From the NCBI GenBank assembly GCA_022750295.1, contig JAKIVZ010000001.1, positions 133,651 to 197,650 on the forward strand: 64,000 bases of DNA, given 5' to 3'. Under the pieces are notes generated by a model. The model did no database searches, had not been told where the DNA came from, and saw only the letters and a list, made by a program, of their open reading frames with translations. This stretch comes from Candidatus Lutacidiplasma silvani. Lineage in GTDB: Archaea > Thermoplasmatota > Thermoplasmata > Lutacidiplasmatales > UBA184. The position numbers and the translations under genes were made by a program. Below, in pieces: positions 55,143-64,000 of this stretch. Every line of letters begins with the position of its first letter. The first letter of the stretch is position 1.

Positions 55143-55832
55143 ATGGGACACTCCGCGCCTCGGCCGGTCGGCCCGCCGCCCACGAAGTTCTCGTCGCGGG
55201 ACGCCCGGTACGTCCGCTCCGAATTCGTCACCCTCGCCGACCTCGCTTCGACGGCCAAGGTCGCCCTCGCCGACTTGCGCCGCGCCCAGGCGCGAGGGGA
55301 GTTCCCGCAGCCGACCTACGTGACGTCGGACCGGGAGGGGTGGTACCCGCCGATGCTGGCCGTCCCCCTCCGGACCGCGAGGCGGCGGCGGACCGACCTG
55401 CGCTCGCTGTTCCAGGCCGAGTTCGAGGGGGCCCTGCGCGACCTCCGGCTCCGGAACCCGCGGCTGTTCGCCGTGGTCGCCGACCAGGGCGGCGTGGGTC
55501 GAACCAGCGACGAGCGGATCGCGGGGGCGTACTGGGCGGGGTTGGCGAGCGGCGAGTTCGGCGCCTGCCTCCGGGTGCCGTGGGTTCCGGACATGATTCG
55601 GAAGGAGCGGTTGCTCGCCAGCATCACGGGGCTAACCGCCGAACCGAGGCCGGCCGAGGCCCGGTGGCGAGGGGCCCTGCGCCGGGCGGTCGACGAGCTG
55701 GACCGGATCGAGATGTCGTTCGCCGAATGGGACCGCGTCCGGTTCGGAACGCCGGTGAGCCGGGACACCCACGTCGACGGACCCCGGAAGCGGTTCCCCG
55801 CGGTGTTCCGCGAGACGACGAAGCGGGGCTGA
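55143..55832 (+). CDS. hypothetical protein
   Basis: A 229-aa ORF with coding-like composition. It is divergent from the ArsR-family regulator. Confidence 0.4.
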   Translation: MGHSAPRPVGPPPTKFSSRDARYVRSEFVTLADLASTAKVALADLRRAQARGEFPQPTYVTSDREGWYPPMLAVPLRTARRRRTDLRSLFQAEFEGALRDLRLRNPRLFAVVADQGGVGRTSDERIAGAYWAGLASGEFGACLRVPWVPDMIRKERLLASITGLTAEPRPAEARWRGALRRAVDELDRIEMSFAEWDRVRFGTPVSRDTHVDGPRKRFPAVFRETTKRG

Positions 55833-55892
55833 GTCCGCGCTCTCCCCAACGTCGGGGGAGCGGTCCGGCCCCGCAGGGGGCCGGCCTCCGGC

Positions 55893-57434
55893 TCAGACGA
55901 TCGGGGTCAGCTTCGCGTGGGGCGCGCCCTTCTCCGGGTCCGGAGCGATCGCGTAGATGGTGGTGCGCGGCCGGATCCCGTAGATGCACGGCGCATTGTC
56001 GATGTTGATGATCCGGAAGTACGTGTCCATCATGTTCAGGATCTCGCTCGACACGAGCAGCCCCGGCTTCAGCAGGCCGATCCCGAGGTTTCCGACGAGC
56101 TTCGTGCGCCGGACGCCGTGGAAGTACATCCGGATCGCCACCTGGTCGCCCATCAGGCTCTCCAGCGTGTCGAAGGCGGTGTACTCGAGGAACGGCTTCT
56201 GCTCGGGGCCCCGGGCCGCCTTCTCGGCGGTGACCATCGCCCGCATCGCCTCGTCGCGGCCGTACCGGGCCATCGGGACGATGTAGCTCTCCTCGGTCTC
56301 GTTCGCCGTGTAGTCGGCGATCCGCACCCGGGTGTCGAAGATGTTCGGGGCGGTGTGGCGGACGAGCGTCTCCCGAAGCTTCTCGTGGGACTCGCCCGCC
56401 GCGAGGACCGCGATGATCCCGCGCGACTGGGTGAGGAAGTTCAGGAACGTCGGCGTGAACAGCATGTAGTAGTCGTCGATGCCGACGTTCACGTCGACCT
56501 CGAAGGCGTTGAAGCTGCCGCGCTTGAACCCGCCGCCGAGGAGCGTGTCGAAGTCCGGGATCCCCGTCGAGTAGTGCTTGTCCGGGTCGGCGACCGGGTG
56601 CCAGACGGGCGACGTCTGGGCGGCCGCGGATGGGACCGAGAACCCGAGCGCCTCGAACCGGCCGTTCGACAGCGTCACCGCGTAGCGGGGCCGCTGGATG
56701 TTCGTGGCGCGGAGCTTCTCGAGCCGCATGTGCCGTACGCGGCGCTCGTCGAGCTCCTCGCGCTGAATCGAGATCAGGCCGTCGACGAGGTACTCGATCC
56801 CGCCCGCCTCGGGCTTCTCGAGGATCATGACGACGTTCGTGTTGGAGCTCTCGACGAGGTCCTTCTGGAGCGCCATCACGAACTCTTCCATTTCGAGTCC
56901 GTACTTGTGGGTCACACCTTCGAGGGAATCGATGACGAGGAGCGACTTCTCCGGGAGCGCCTTCTCGACCCGGTTGTAGACGTTCTCGACCTCGGGCATC
57001 GGGTTCCGCTTCATCAGGGCGGTGAGGTGGGTTCGGTCGACGCGGGTCGGGGCGCCCCGCTCCTCGTCGAACGTCCGCATCATCTCGCGCGCGGCGCGGA
57101 TCTTCTTCTGCTCCGACTCCGGGAGCTCGGCCGAGGCGCCCTTCGGCTGGGCGCTGATCGCGTCGAGGAACAGCTTCCCCGCGTCGAGGATGCGGGCCCG
57201 CATCTCGGTCGCCTTCAGCCAGGGGAACTGGCGGTAGAGCGCCTCGTCGCCGACCCGCGTGGAGAGGTAGTACGACTGCTGGGGCTTGCCGACCCGCTCG
57301 AGCAGCTCGAGTCCGAACGTCGTCTTTCCGGTTCCGGCCCCGCCCTTCACGATGAGCGACCGTCCGCCGCGCCCCGAGAGGAAGGCGAGGACCTCGGGCG
57401 GGACTCCGCCCGTCCGTTTCGCCTCGTCGGCCAT
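55893..57434 (-). CDS. KaiC-like RecA-superfamily ATPase (two tandem RecA-like domains, second degenerate)
   Basis: Domain 1 has a Walker A motif LIVKGGAGTGKTTFGLE. Domain 2 has GGGFKRGSFNAFEV, which lacks a GKT/S P-loop. Confidence 0.75.
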   Translation of the reverse strand: MADEAKRTGGVPPEVLAFLSGRGGRSLIVKGGAGTGKTTFGLELLERVGKPQQSYYLSTRVGDEALYRQFPWLKATEMRARILDAGKLFLDAISAQPKGASAELPESEQKKIRAAREMMRTFDEERGAPTRVDRTHLTALMKRNPMPEVENVYNRVEKALPEKSLLVIDSLEGVTHKYGLEMEEFVMALQKDLVESSNTNVVMILEKPEAGGIEYLVDGLISIQREELDERRVRHMRLEKLRATNIQRPRYAVTLSNGRFEALGFSVPSAAAQTSPVWHPVADPDKHYSTGIPDFDTLLGGGFKRGSFNAFEVDVNVGIDDYYMLFTPTFLNFLTQSRGIIAVLAAGESHEKLRETLVRHTAPNIFDTRVRIADYTANETEESYIVPMARYGRDEAMRAMVTAEKAARGPEQKPFLEYTAFDTLESLMGDQVAIRMYFHGVRRTKLVGNLGIGLLKPGLLVSSEILNMMDTYFRIINIDNAPCIYGIRPRTTIYAIAPDPEKGAPHAKLTPIV

Positions 57435-57556
57435 TAGCGCGCCCCGGGCATCGCGGCGAGTGACGGCTTACGCTCGCTCATTCGTTCCGACCGAAACGAA
57501 ATGGTGGGGTCAAGAAGGTAAAGGTTTCGTTGTCGCCGACGCGGTGCATCGGAGCC

Positions 57557-60166
57557 TCACTCGGGCGGGGGCGGCGGCGGAGGAGGGGGTGGAGGAGGGG
57601 GTGGAGGAGGGGGGGACGGAAGGGCGGCCGCCCTCGCGGCCTCCACGGCGGCGCGGAGCGGCTCGCCGGGTTCGCCGACCGCCGTCGCCGACGACGGATT
57701 GCCGCCGCCCTTCCCCTGGAACGACGCGCGGGCCGCCTCGAGAAGCGCGATGGCGGATACGTCCGGAGTCGACGACCCGACGAAGAGCGCCCCCTGCCCG
57801 TCGGTCTCGGTTCCGAGGATGGCGACGTGATCCGGCAACTTCGTCAGGAGGCGGGAGAGCTCCATGAGCTCCTGGCGCGGGACGTCGACGACCGCCGCGA
57901 CCACCTTCCGACTCCCGATGACGGTCGCCGTCGCCTCGTCGGTGAGGAGTTTCTCCGCCCGGAGCGCCATCGACTCCTTCTCCTGCTCCTGGCTGCGGCG
58001 GCGCCACCCCTCCACCTCGAGCTGGAGACGCTCGATCCCCTGCGCGACCTGGTCGGGGGCGACGTTGAGCGCCTTCGCCGCCTTGGTGAGCGCGTCGGCC
58101 CGGTGCTCGGCGATGTCGAGCGCCCGCTCGCCGGCGGCGTAGGTGAGGCGGACCACGCCGTCCTGGATCCGCTCGGTGGCGAGGATCGTCAGGTACCCGA
58201 CCTCGCTCGTGTGCGTGCAGTGGGTCCCGCCGCACGCCTCGACGTCGAAATCGGGGATCTCGATGACGCGGAGCTCCCGTCCCGGGACCGCGCCGCCCTG
58301 GTAGAGGGTGAACCCGAACCGCTTCTCCGCCTCGGTGCGGAGCTCGAAATAGCTCTTCACCGGCCGGTCCTCGCGGACGAGCTGGTTCGCGAGCCGCTCG
58401 ACCTCCCGGACCTCCTCGGGGGTGAGCGACCGGAAGTGGGTGATGTCGATGCGAGCCGACTCGGTCCCCTTGTACGCCCCCGCCTGCCAGACGTGCGGTC
58501 CGAGGACGTGGCGGAGCGCCCCGTTCAGCAGATGGGTCGCCGTGTGGTGCTGCATCAGCTGGACCCGGCGGTGGCGATTAATCTCGCCGTGGACCCGGTC
58601 GCCGACCGAGAGGGTCGTCGGTCCGTCGAGCCGGTGGATCACCCACGGTCCCCGTCGGATCACCTCAACGACGGCGGCGTCCCCCAGGTGGCCCGTGTCG
58701 GTGATCTGCCCGCCGCCGGTCGGGTAGAAGTACGTCCGGTCGAGGACGACGGTGGTCCCCGACGCAAAGACCACGTGGCCCTCGAACGAAAGGGTGTACG
58801 GGTCGAGGTAGTACCGGACGTCCGTCGGCGGCGTTTCCGGCGGGATCTCCGGTCCCGTCGAGGGCGCTTCGGCGTAGTCGGTCCGGGCGACCCCGGCCTC
58901 GTGCCGCTTCGCGACCCGGGCGTAGAAGTCGTCGGGGACCGCGGGGGGGGCCTTCAGGGACTCGACGGCGAGCTCGGGGGGGAGTCCGAGGGAGTCGTAC
59001 CACGCGACGAGGTCGTCGGCCGTGATCTTCTCCCCGGAAGCGACCGTCCGCTCCTCCTGGCGACGGACCTGCTCGCGGGCGCGGCCGATCGATTCGCGGT
59101 ACCGCTCGACCTCCGCCTCGACGACGAGATGGACGTCGGCCCGATTCTGACCGATCTCGGGGAAGTCCACCGCGAGTTCGCGACCGGCCCGGTCCAGGAC
59201 GGCGGTGATCGCGGGGGCCTCGGGGACCTTGTCGAGGATCCGGAGCATTCTCCGAATCAGGAGCCGTCCGAAGTACCCCTCCTTCGAGTTCGAGGGGACC
59301 ACCCCGTCGGTGAGGAGGAAGTTCAGCGCGCGGGCGTGGTCGAGGAGGATCGCGGTCTCCTCCGGGGGGAACGTCTGGCGGAGTTCCTGGTACGGCTCCC
59401 CGAACACCGACTCGTACGCGTTCTTGGTCCCCTGGGACATCCAGACGAACCGCTCGAGCCCGTAGCCGGTGTCGACGACGGTGAGGGGCATCGGCTTGAC
59501 CGTCTCGCCGTCCCGGATATACTCCATGAACACGAGCGTGGCGAGCTCCATCCCGAGGAGGCCGACCGACAGCGAGGGTCCGAGGTTCCCGCCGCCCTCC
59601 CACTCCTCTTCCTTGTACGTGATGCCCCGGGCGTCGGCCCCGAGCTCGACGGAGAGGAGTTCGTGGCACAGTTCCACGGTTCGGTCCTTGAAGTAGACCT
59701 CGTGGTCGGGCCGGTTGAACGCGTGGTGGGCCATCATCTCGAACTCGGTGAAATGGCGGCCCGACCGGCCGACCTCGTCGAGGTCGATGAATCGGATCGA
59801 CGGCTGGGAGATCGTGAGGGGGTTCGCCGGCGGAGGGAGCGTCCCGCTCGTCACCCACGGCTGGAAGTCGTAGATGCTCGCCTGCGTGAAGAACACGTCG
59901 TTCCGCCACCGGGCGACCGTGGGGTACCGACGGACCCGCGTGTGGCCGCGGCGCTCGAAGAACCCGAGGTACGTCTCCCGCATCTCGCGGAGCGATTGGG
60001 GCTTGGAGAACCCGGGGGTCCCGAGGAACGCGTACGGCGAGCACGGGGCCTCCTGGCACCGGGTCGCGTCGCCGAGGGTCCAGAACGCCGAGCCGCACGC
60101 CTCGCAGGCCCGCCGGTGGAACCCTTCCCGATGGAAGAACGCGAGGTCGTACTCGGCCGGGTCCAT
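57557..60166 (-). CDS. alaS: alanyl-tRNA synthetase (archaeal type) with C-terminal poly-proline tail
   Basis: The N-terminal catalytic domain is FFERRGHTRVRRYPTVARWRNDVFFTQASIYDFQPW. The editing domain HxxxH motif is HTATHLLNGAL. The C-terminus reads GKGGGN then [21 protein letters not shown]. Confidence 0.92.
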   Translation of the reverse strand: MDPAEYDLAFFHREGFHRRACEACGSAFWTLGDATRCQEAPCSPYAFLGTPGFSKPQSLREMRETYLGFFERRGHTRVRRYPTVARWRNDVFFTQASIYDFQPWVTSGTLPPPANPLTISQPSIRFIDLDEVGRSGRHFTEFEMMAHHAFNRPDHEVYFKDRTVELCHELLSVELGADARGITYKEEEWEGGGNLGPSLSVGLLGMELATLVFMEYIRDGETVKPMPLTVVDTGYGLERFVWMSQGTKNAYESVFGEPYQELRQTFPPEETAILLDHARALNFLLTDGVVPSNSKEGYFGRLLIRRMLRILDKVPEAPAITAVLDRAGRELAVDFPEIGQNRADVHLVVEAEVERYRESIGRAREQVRRQEERTVASGEKITADDLVAWYDSLGLPPELAVESLKAPPAVPDDFYARVAKRHEAGVARTDYAEAPSTGPEIPPETPPTDVRYYLDPYTLSFEGHVVFASGTTVVLDRTYFYPTGGGQITDTGHLGDAAVVEVIRRGPWVIHRLDGPTTLSVGDRVHGEINRHRRVQLMQHHTATHLLNGALRHVLGPHVWQAGAYKGTESARIDITHFRSLTPEEVREVERLANQLVREDRPVKSYFELRTEAEKRFGFTLYQGGAVPGRELRVIEIPDFDVEACGGTHCTHTSEVGYLTILATERIQDGVVRLTYAAGERALDIAEHRADALTKAAKALNVAPDQVAQGIERLQLEVEGWRRRSQEQEKESMALRAEKLLTDEATATVIGSRKVVAAVVDVPRQELMELSRLLTKLPDHVAILGTETDGQGALFVGSSTPDVSAIALLEAARASFQGKGGGNPSSATAVGEPGEPLRAAVEAARAAALPSPPPPPPPPPPPPPPPPPE

Positions 60167-60285
60167 CCGAGGGAACCGAGCCGTCTCGGGGGAAAACCCT
60201 TCGCTCCCGACCGCAACGACGGTCGTCGCCCCCGACGGGAACGGAGTGAAGTAGGGCGGGAGGGTCCGGCGTCGGGACCCGCCAC

Positions 60286-60603
60286 ATGAAGATCCGGTTT
60301 CAAGGGACGCCCGATTCCGACGAGGTCGCCAACGCGTTCATCCTCGCCTTCCTGGCGGGCCGCAAGGGCGCGCCCGTGACCGCCTCGCAGGTCTGGAAGA
60401 GCCTCCACAGTCGGGGGTTCGTTCCGGTCGACGACCGTCCGGCGGCCGATACCCAGCCCGACGAGGGGGCCGCGACCGCCGAGATCAGCACCCGTTTGCA
60501 AGCCTGGCTGAAGGACGGGGAGATTGGCGGCGATGGCGAGCCGGAGACTCTCACGAAGGACCGCCACTTCTGGGTCCTCGGGAACGCGCTCGGGAAGCTC
60601 TGA
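60286..60603 (+). CDS. hypothetical small protein
   Basis: A 105-aa ORF with plausible coding composition and no motifs. Confidence 0.3.
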   Translation: MKIRFQGTPDSDEVANAFILAFLAGRKGAPVTASQVWKSLHSRGFVPVDDRPAADTQPDEGAATAEISTRLQAWLKDGEIGGDGEPETLTKDRHFWVLGNALGKL

Positions 60604-60712
60604 CCCGAACCGGACCCCACCCGAGTCCGAACCAGGATTCCGTGCTCGGTCGGGCGAGTTCGTCCCCCCGAGCGCCACGGACGCGGCCGGGCGGTTCGAG
60701 CGGTGGGGGGCC

Positions 60713-61900
60713 ATGCGGCTGACCGGGATGCCGCTGACCCTGCTGGCGTACCCGGCCGAGACCATCCCCAATCGCCACTTTGCCGGGAACGAGCTCGGGG
60801 CGCTCGACCGGATTTACCTCCCGGAGGCGCTCGCCCCCCTCCTCCCGGACCCACCCATCGAGGCCCGGGAGTTCATCGAGGACGACAACCGTTCGGCGAT
60901 CGTCCCGGAGTCGACCGCGACGCTCGACGGGCAACCGCTCTTCCTCTCGGTCAAGGGCGTTGGCTCGGGCGTCGACCCCTACTCCTGGCGCGCGCTCGAC
61001 CGGGCGTACGCCGCCGAGCTTTCGGACGATCCGGAGGTCCGCGCGCGGCTCCAGCGGACGCCGCCGGACCCCCGGGACCGATTCCTCACCGGAGAGTTGT
61101 GGCTCCGCGGGGCGCCGTACGGGGGGCAGGGGCTGGAACACGCCACGACGGCCCTCCGGGTCTCCGAGCAAGCGCGGGGGACCGACCTCGCGGGGTTCCG
61201 GATCGCCCCGGTCGTGAAAATCGCCCTTCTCCCCAAGGCGCTCGAGGAGCAACTGCGGTCGATCCACTGGTACCGCAAGTTTCCGGGCCGGATGGCCCAG
61301 GAGCTCCGCCTGGTCCCGTCCAACGTCCGGATCTTCTTCCATGGCAAGAACACGCTCGGCTCGAACGTCCGTCACATCTTCGACCAGTTCCAGGTCGATA
61401 CGAACGAGCGGGCGCTCACGTTCGAGGCGAATTTCGTCCGCAGCGCGGTGGCGATGCTCACCCTGTTCGCCCGCACCCTGAAGTTCGACGCGGCCCGCGG
61501 GAAGTACGGCGGCCTCGACTACTACGACGTCTGGCTCGACAAGGACGCGGTCCTCGCCCCGGATGGGACGGCGTTCTTCGTCGACCTCGAGGGGATCGAG
61601 GAGGTGTTCGTGGAGCGCGCGGGGGTCCGAGAGAAGGTCGAGGACCAGGTCTACCGGACCCTGTACGAGATGATGTTCGCCTACGAGCAGATCGAGAGCG
61701 AGCGGACCCGCCGGTTCGGCCCCGCCGGAACGCGGAAGCGGCAGTTCGCGGCGGTGCTCCGGCGGGCGCTCGCCGAAGACCGGTTCGTTCGGCTGGTCGA
61801 CGAGAGGGGACACCTCGAACTTTCCATCCGGAACGCCCTCGGGGAGGAGTCTTTGTATAGCCGGTTCCGGCTGGTGGACGCGTCCCATGGCGAACTGTAA
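60713..61900 (+). CDS. hypothetical protein (possible atypical kinase-like fold)
   Basis: The start was taken at an internal ATG (MRLTGMPLTLLAYP). The ORF upstream of it is S/R/G-rich. Motifs FFHGKNTLGSNV and YDVWLDKDAVLAPDGTAFFVDLEGIEE loosely resemble kinase catalytic/Mg-binding loops. Confidence 0.5.
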   Translation: MRLTGMPLTLLAYPAETIPNRHFAGNELGALDRIYLPEALAPLLPDPPIEAREFIEDDNRSAIVPESTATLDGQPLFLSVKGVGSGVDPYSWRALDRAYAAELSDDPEVRARLQRTPPDPRDRFLTGELWLRGAPYGGQGLEHATTALRVSEQARGTDLAGFRIAPVVKIALLPKALEEQLRSIHWYRKFPGRMAQELRLVPSNVRIFFHGKNTLGSNVRHIFDQFQVDTNERALTFEANFVRSAVAMLTLFARTLKFDAARGKYGGLDYYDVWLDKDAVLAPDGTAFFVDLEGIEEVFVERAGVREKVEDQVYRTLYEMMFAYEQIESERTRRFGPAGTRKRQFAAVLRRALAEDRFVRLVDERGHLELSIRNALGEESLYSRFRLVDASHGEL

Positions 61901-63431
61901 CGACGTTTACGCGTTCCTGATCGGAATCACGAACAAGAACGTCACGAAGCCGCTCCCCGCCCCCGACGTCGACCTCCTCACGCGGCTCGGCCTCGTCCAG
62001 ACGTTCACCGCCCAGCAGTACGCCGACCTCCAGAGGCAGGTCGCCTCGCTCCAGCAACCGCAAGCGGCGATCCAGGCCGAGAGCGCCGAGCGGTGGAAGA
62101 TCGCCGACCGGTTGGACGTGGAGGACCGGGAGAACTCGTCGGTCCTGTTCCTGTTCGAGGGGAAGAACAAGAAGGCCGCGGCGCTCGAGAAGGCCGCCCA
62201 GGACCGGGCCGCCCTCGCCGCGGCCGACGCCGACATCTCCGCGAAGCAGCAGCAGCTCAACGACCTGATCGCGAAGAAGTCGGCCCTCGACACGATGGCG
62301 CCGTACGCGGGCGGGTACGTCTTCCTCTCCGCGCTCGGCAGGACCCAGCTCCGCGAGCTCGGGGTCCGGCTCTACCGGGTCTCCGACCTCGATTTCGCCG
62401 CCTACTGGACCCAGTCTCAGCAGCTCGACAAGGACCTCGTGACGCTGGCCGACCGCAGCGCGGGGTTCTTCGCCGGGATCGCCGCCCCGCTCCAGTCGGT
62501 CGACCGTTCGCAGCTCTGGTCGATCGCGATCGGGCTCGGCAGCGAGCCGGCCGAACCGACCGTGGCCGTCCCCAAGTTCCTCGAGGCGTACACCCGGCTC
62601 GGCAAACTCTCGTCGAACGAGGAGAATCGACTTCTTGCGGCGGAGATCCTCACCTCGGTGAACCACCCGGTCCCGGAGAGCCTCTCCCTCATCGAGTCCC
62701 TCGACAAGGACGTCCGCAAGGCCGGGGTCCCGAGGGAGTCGTCCCTCGGAGTCTCGGCCACGCTCCTCTACGGCCAGCGGGAGGATGCGACGTTCGCGAC
62801 CGAGAGCTTCGCGAACTTCCTGCGGCTCACGAAGACGTTCGAGGCGGCGGCGGTGATGGGGATCGTCAACCAGCCGTTCGAGCCGCTCTCCCAGAAGTTC
62901 CTCGCCCTCCGGCAGACGTTCGGGTCGTGGGGATTTTCCGACTCCGACGACGTCGAGCTCGCCTCGGCGTACCTCGCGGTCTCGGAGTTGCCGATTCAGG
63001 GGATCAACACCAAGCTCGCGATCATCTCGAAGGGAATGGCGACGTACCTCCAGTTCCCCCTGGTCGCCTCGGCGGTCCTCGCGTCGATCCCCGTCCTGGA
63101 AGCCAACGAGACCCTCCACCTGCTCGAGCAGGCGTACGACGTCATCGGGCGGCGGGCGATGCCGCTCGGGCAGCCCGAGCTGATCACGCTCGCGGTCCGG
63201 ATGATCCACGGGATCCGGAACGAGACGCTCGCGAAGCTCGACACGACGGCGGCGGCCCGGCCGGTGATGCCGACGCAGTACCGCGGCGGGTTCGGCTTCT
63301 ACGGGGTCCCGATGTTCGTCTTCTACGGGGCGTATTTCTCGACCTTTAGCGGGTTCGGTGGCTACCACCCCGGTCACGCCCACGTGGGGCCGGGCGGATT
63401 CGCGGGCGGAGCGGGAGGGATGTCCGGATGA
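61887..63431 (+). CDS. hypothetical protein with Gly/aromatic-rich C-terminal tail
   Basis: A 514-aa protein. It overlaps the upstream gene by 14 nt. The C-terminus reads YRGGFGFYGVPMFVFYGAYFSTFSGFGGYHPGHAHVGPGGFAGGAGG. Confidence 0.55.
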   Translation: MANCNDVYAFLIGITNKNVTKPLPAPDVDLLTRLGLVQTFTAQQYADLQRQVASLQQPQAAIQAESAERWKIADRLDVEDRENSSVLFLFEGKNKKAAALEKAAQDRAALAAADADISAKQQQLNDLIAKKSALDTMAPYAGGYVFLSALGRTQLRELGVRLYRVSDLDFAAYWTQSQQLDKDLVTLADRSAGFFAGIAAPLQSVDRSQLWSIAIGLGSEPAEPTVAVPKFLEAYTRLGKLSSNEENRLLAAEILTSVNHPVPESLSLIESLDKDVRKAGVPRESSLGVSATLLYGQREDATFATESFANFLRLTKTFEAAAVMGIVNQPFEPLSQKFLALRQTFGSWGFSDSDDVELASAYLAVSELPIQGINTKLAIISKGMATYLQFPLVASAVLASIPVLEANETLHLLEQAYDVIGRRAMPLGQPELITLAVRMIHGIRNETLAKLDTTAAARPVMPTQYRGGFGFYGVPMFVFYGAYFSTFSGFGGYHPGHAHVGPGGFAGGAGGMSG

Positions 63432-64000
63432 TGCGGCAGGCGGTGCTGCTGGGCCTCGCCATCGTCGTCCTCGCGCTCTCGACCGCGGGGGCGGGAGCGA
63501 CGGGCACGACCTACGTCCCGAAGACCGGGGACTCGTTCCGATACTCCGAGAACGTCGAGCTGACGAACGGGACGGGCAACTACACCGGGTACTCGGAAAG
63601 CACGTTCTACAACGGTACGATCGCCGTCCACTCGGTGCTGCCGAACGGCACGGACAACGCGACGTACTCGACCAACTTCTCGTACCGCAACAGTGGGGAC
63701 ATGAGCACGTCCGGGAGCGCCGGCGCCGGGTGGTTCTGGTTCTCCCCCACGACGTACGACTACGTCTACGGGACCGACAACCAGACCGGCCTGAACGGGA
63801 GCGGGGTCTGGTTCCTCGAGAACACCGCGCTCCCCCGGGGCTCGACGTTCTCCTCCGAAGACAATGCGCTCAGCGTCGTCTCCACGAACACGAGCTACCC
63901 GCTCTGGACCCAGGGCGGCAAGTGGGTCAAGACGATCCTCGCCGAGGGGAACGGGTCGTTCCAGCGGAACGACGACTACGGGGTCTTCACGGCCACCTAC
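63428..64000 (+). CDS. secreted N-glycosylated protein (partial, continues beyond window)
   Basis: An ATGATG start overlaps the upstream stop. The signal peptide is LLGLAIVVLALSTAGAGA, and many N-x-S/T sequons follow (NGTG, NYTG, NGTI, NGTD, NATY, NFSY, NQTG, NGSG). Confidence 0.55.
   Translation, partial: MMRQAVLLGLAIVVLALSTAGAGATGTTYVPKTGDSFRYSENVELTNGTGNYTGYSESTFYNGTIAVHSVLPNGTDNATYSTNFSYRNSGDMSTSGSAGAGWFWFSPTTYDYVYGTDNQTGLNGSGVWFLENTALPRGSTFSSEDNALSVVSTNTSYPLWTQGGKWVKTILAEGNGSFQRNDDYGVFTATY

Noticed and set aside
57560-57620. GGN/GGAGG tandem repeat as a non-coding simple-sequence repeat or CRISPR-like element
   Set aside because: It lies in frame inside the alaS C-terminus and encodes poly-Pro. 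It has no spacer-repeat periodicity. It is reported instead as a coding poly-proline tail, with a caveat about possible assembly artefact.
1-64000. CRISPR arrays, rRNA genes, IS elements, integrases or prophage near the tRNA genes
   Set aside because: No direct-repeat/spacer periodicity, no transposase or integrase-like ORFs and no rRNA-like conserved stretches were seen. The tRNA-Gly and tRNA-Ser loci are flanked by ordinary chromosomal genes.
1-64000. Haloarchaeal origin (suggested by high GC, bacterial-type mutSL and a surface glycoprotein)
   Set aside because: Predicted proteins are not acid-shifted: they are R/K-rich with ordinary D/E content. Gene content (type E SDH, SepF, aCPSF1, V4R/Roadblock) fits other euryarchaeal lineages better. 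Taxonomy is left open.

Overview
This window is a chromosomal segment from a very GC-rich archaeon (third codon positions are almost all G/C). Lineage calls: MCM helicase, Cdc48, aCPSF1, proteasome beta, RpoN/Rpb10, L18e, Hjc-like resolvase, an archaeal-type Nmd3-like protein and a type E succinate dehydrogenase. The lineage is probably a Thermoplasmatota-like or otherwise unclassified euryarchaeon. It is not a haloarchaeon, because the proteins are R-rich rather than acidic. The content is mostly housekeeping: pyrK/pyrG, aspS, mcm, M17 aminopeptidase, a truncated rpl18e-rpl13-rps9-rpoN cluster, cdc48, tRNA-Gly and tRNA-Ser, bacterial-type mutS-mutL, aCPSF1, psmB, sdhABC(E-type)-ridA, guaAB, purE, a KaiC-like ATPase and alaS. 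Interspersed accessory content includes two type II TA pairs, a large N-glycosylated PKD-containing surface protein, glycosyltransferases, two TMEM175/DUF1211 paralogs, a V4R + Roadblock/LC7 pair, a standalone HerA/DUF87 ATPase next to a membrane zinc-ribbon protein, and several uncharacterised operons. The observations most worth follow-up are: (1) a Hjc-like PD-(D/E)xK nuclease translationally coupled to mutS-mutL; (2) a three-gene, translationally coupled operon of unknowns at the 3-prime end; (3) a tRNA-Gly(UCC) with a non-canonical roughly 30-nt intron in the T-arm; (4) a VapBC module interrupting the conserved ribosomal/RNAP gene cluster; (5) poly-proline and KAP-rich extensions on AlaRS and L13. 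No CRISPR arrays, rRNA genes, transposases or integrases were seen. Many long ORFs in the six-frame track are antisense or frameshifted artefacts of the high GC content and were not annotated.
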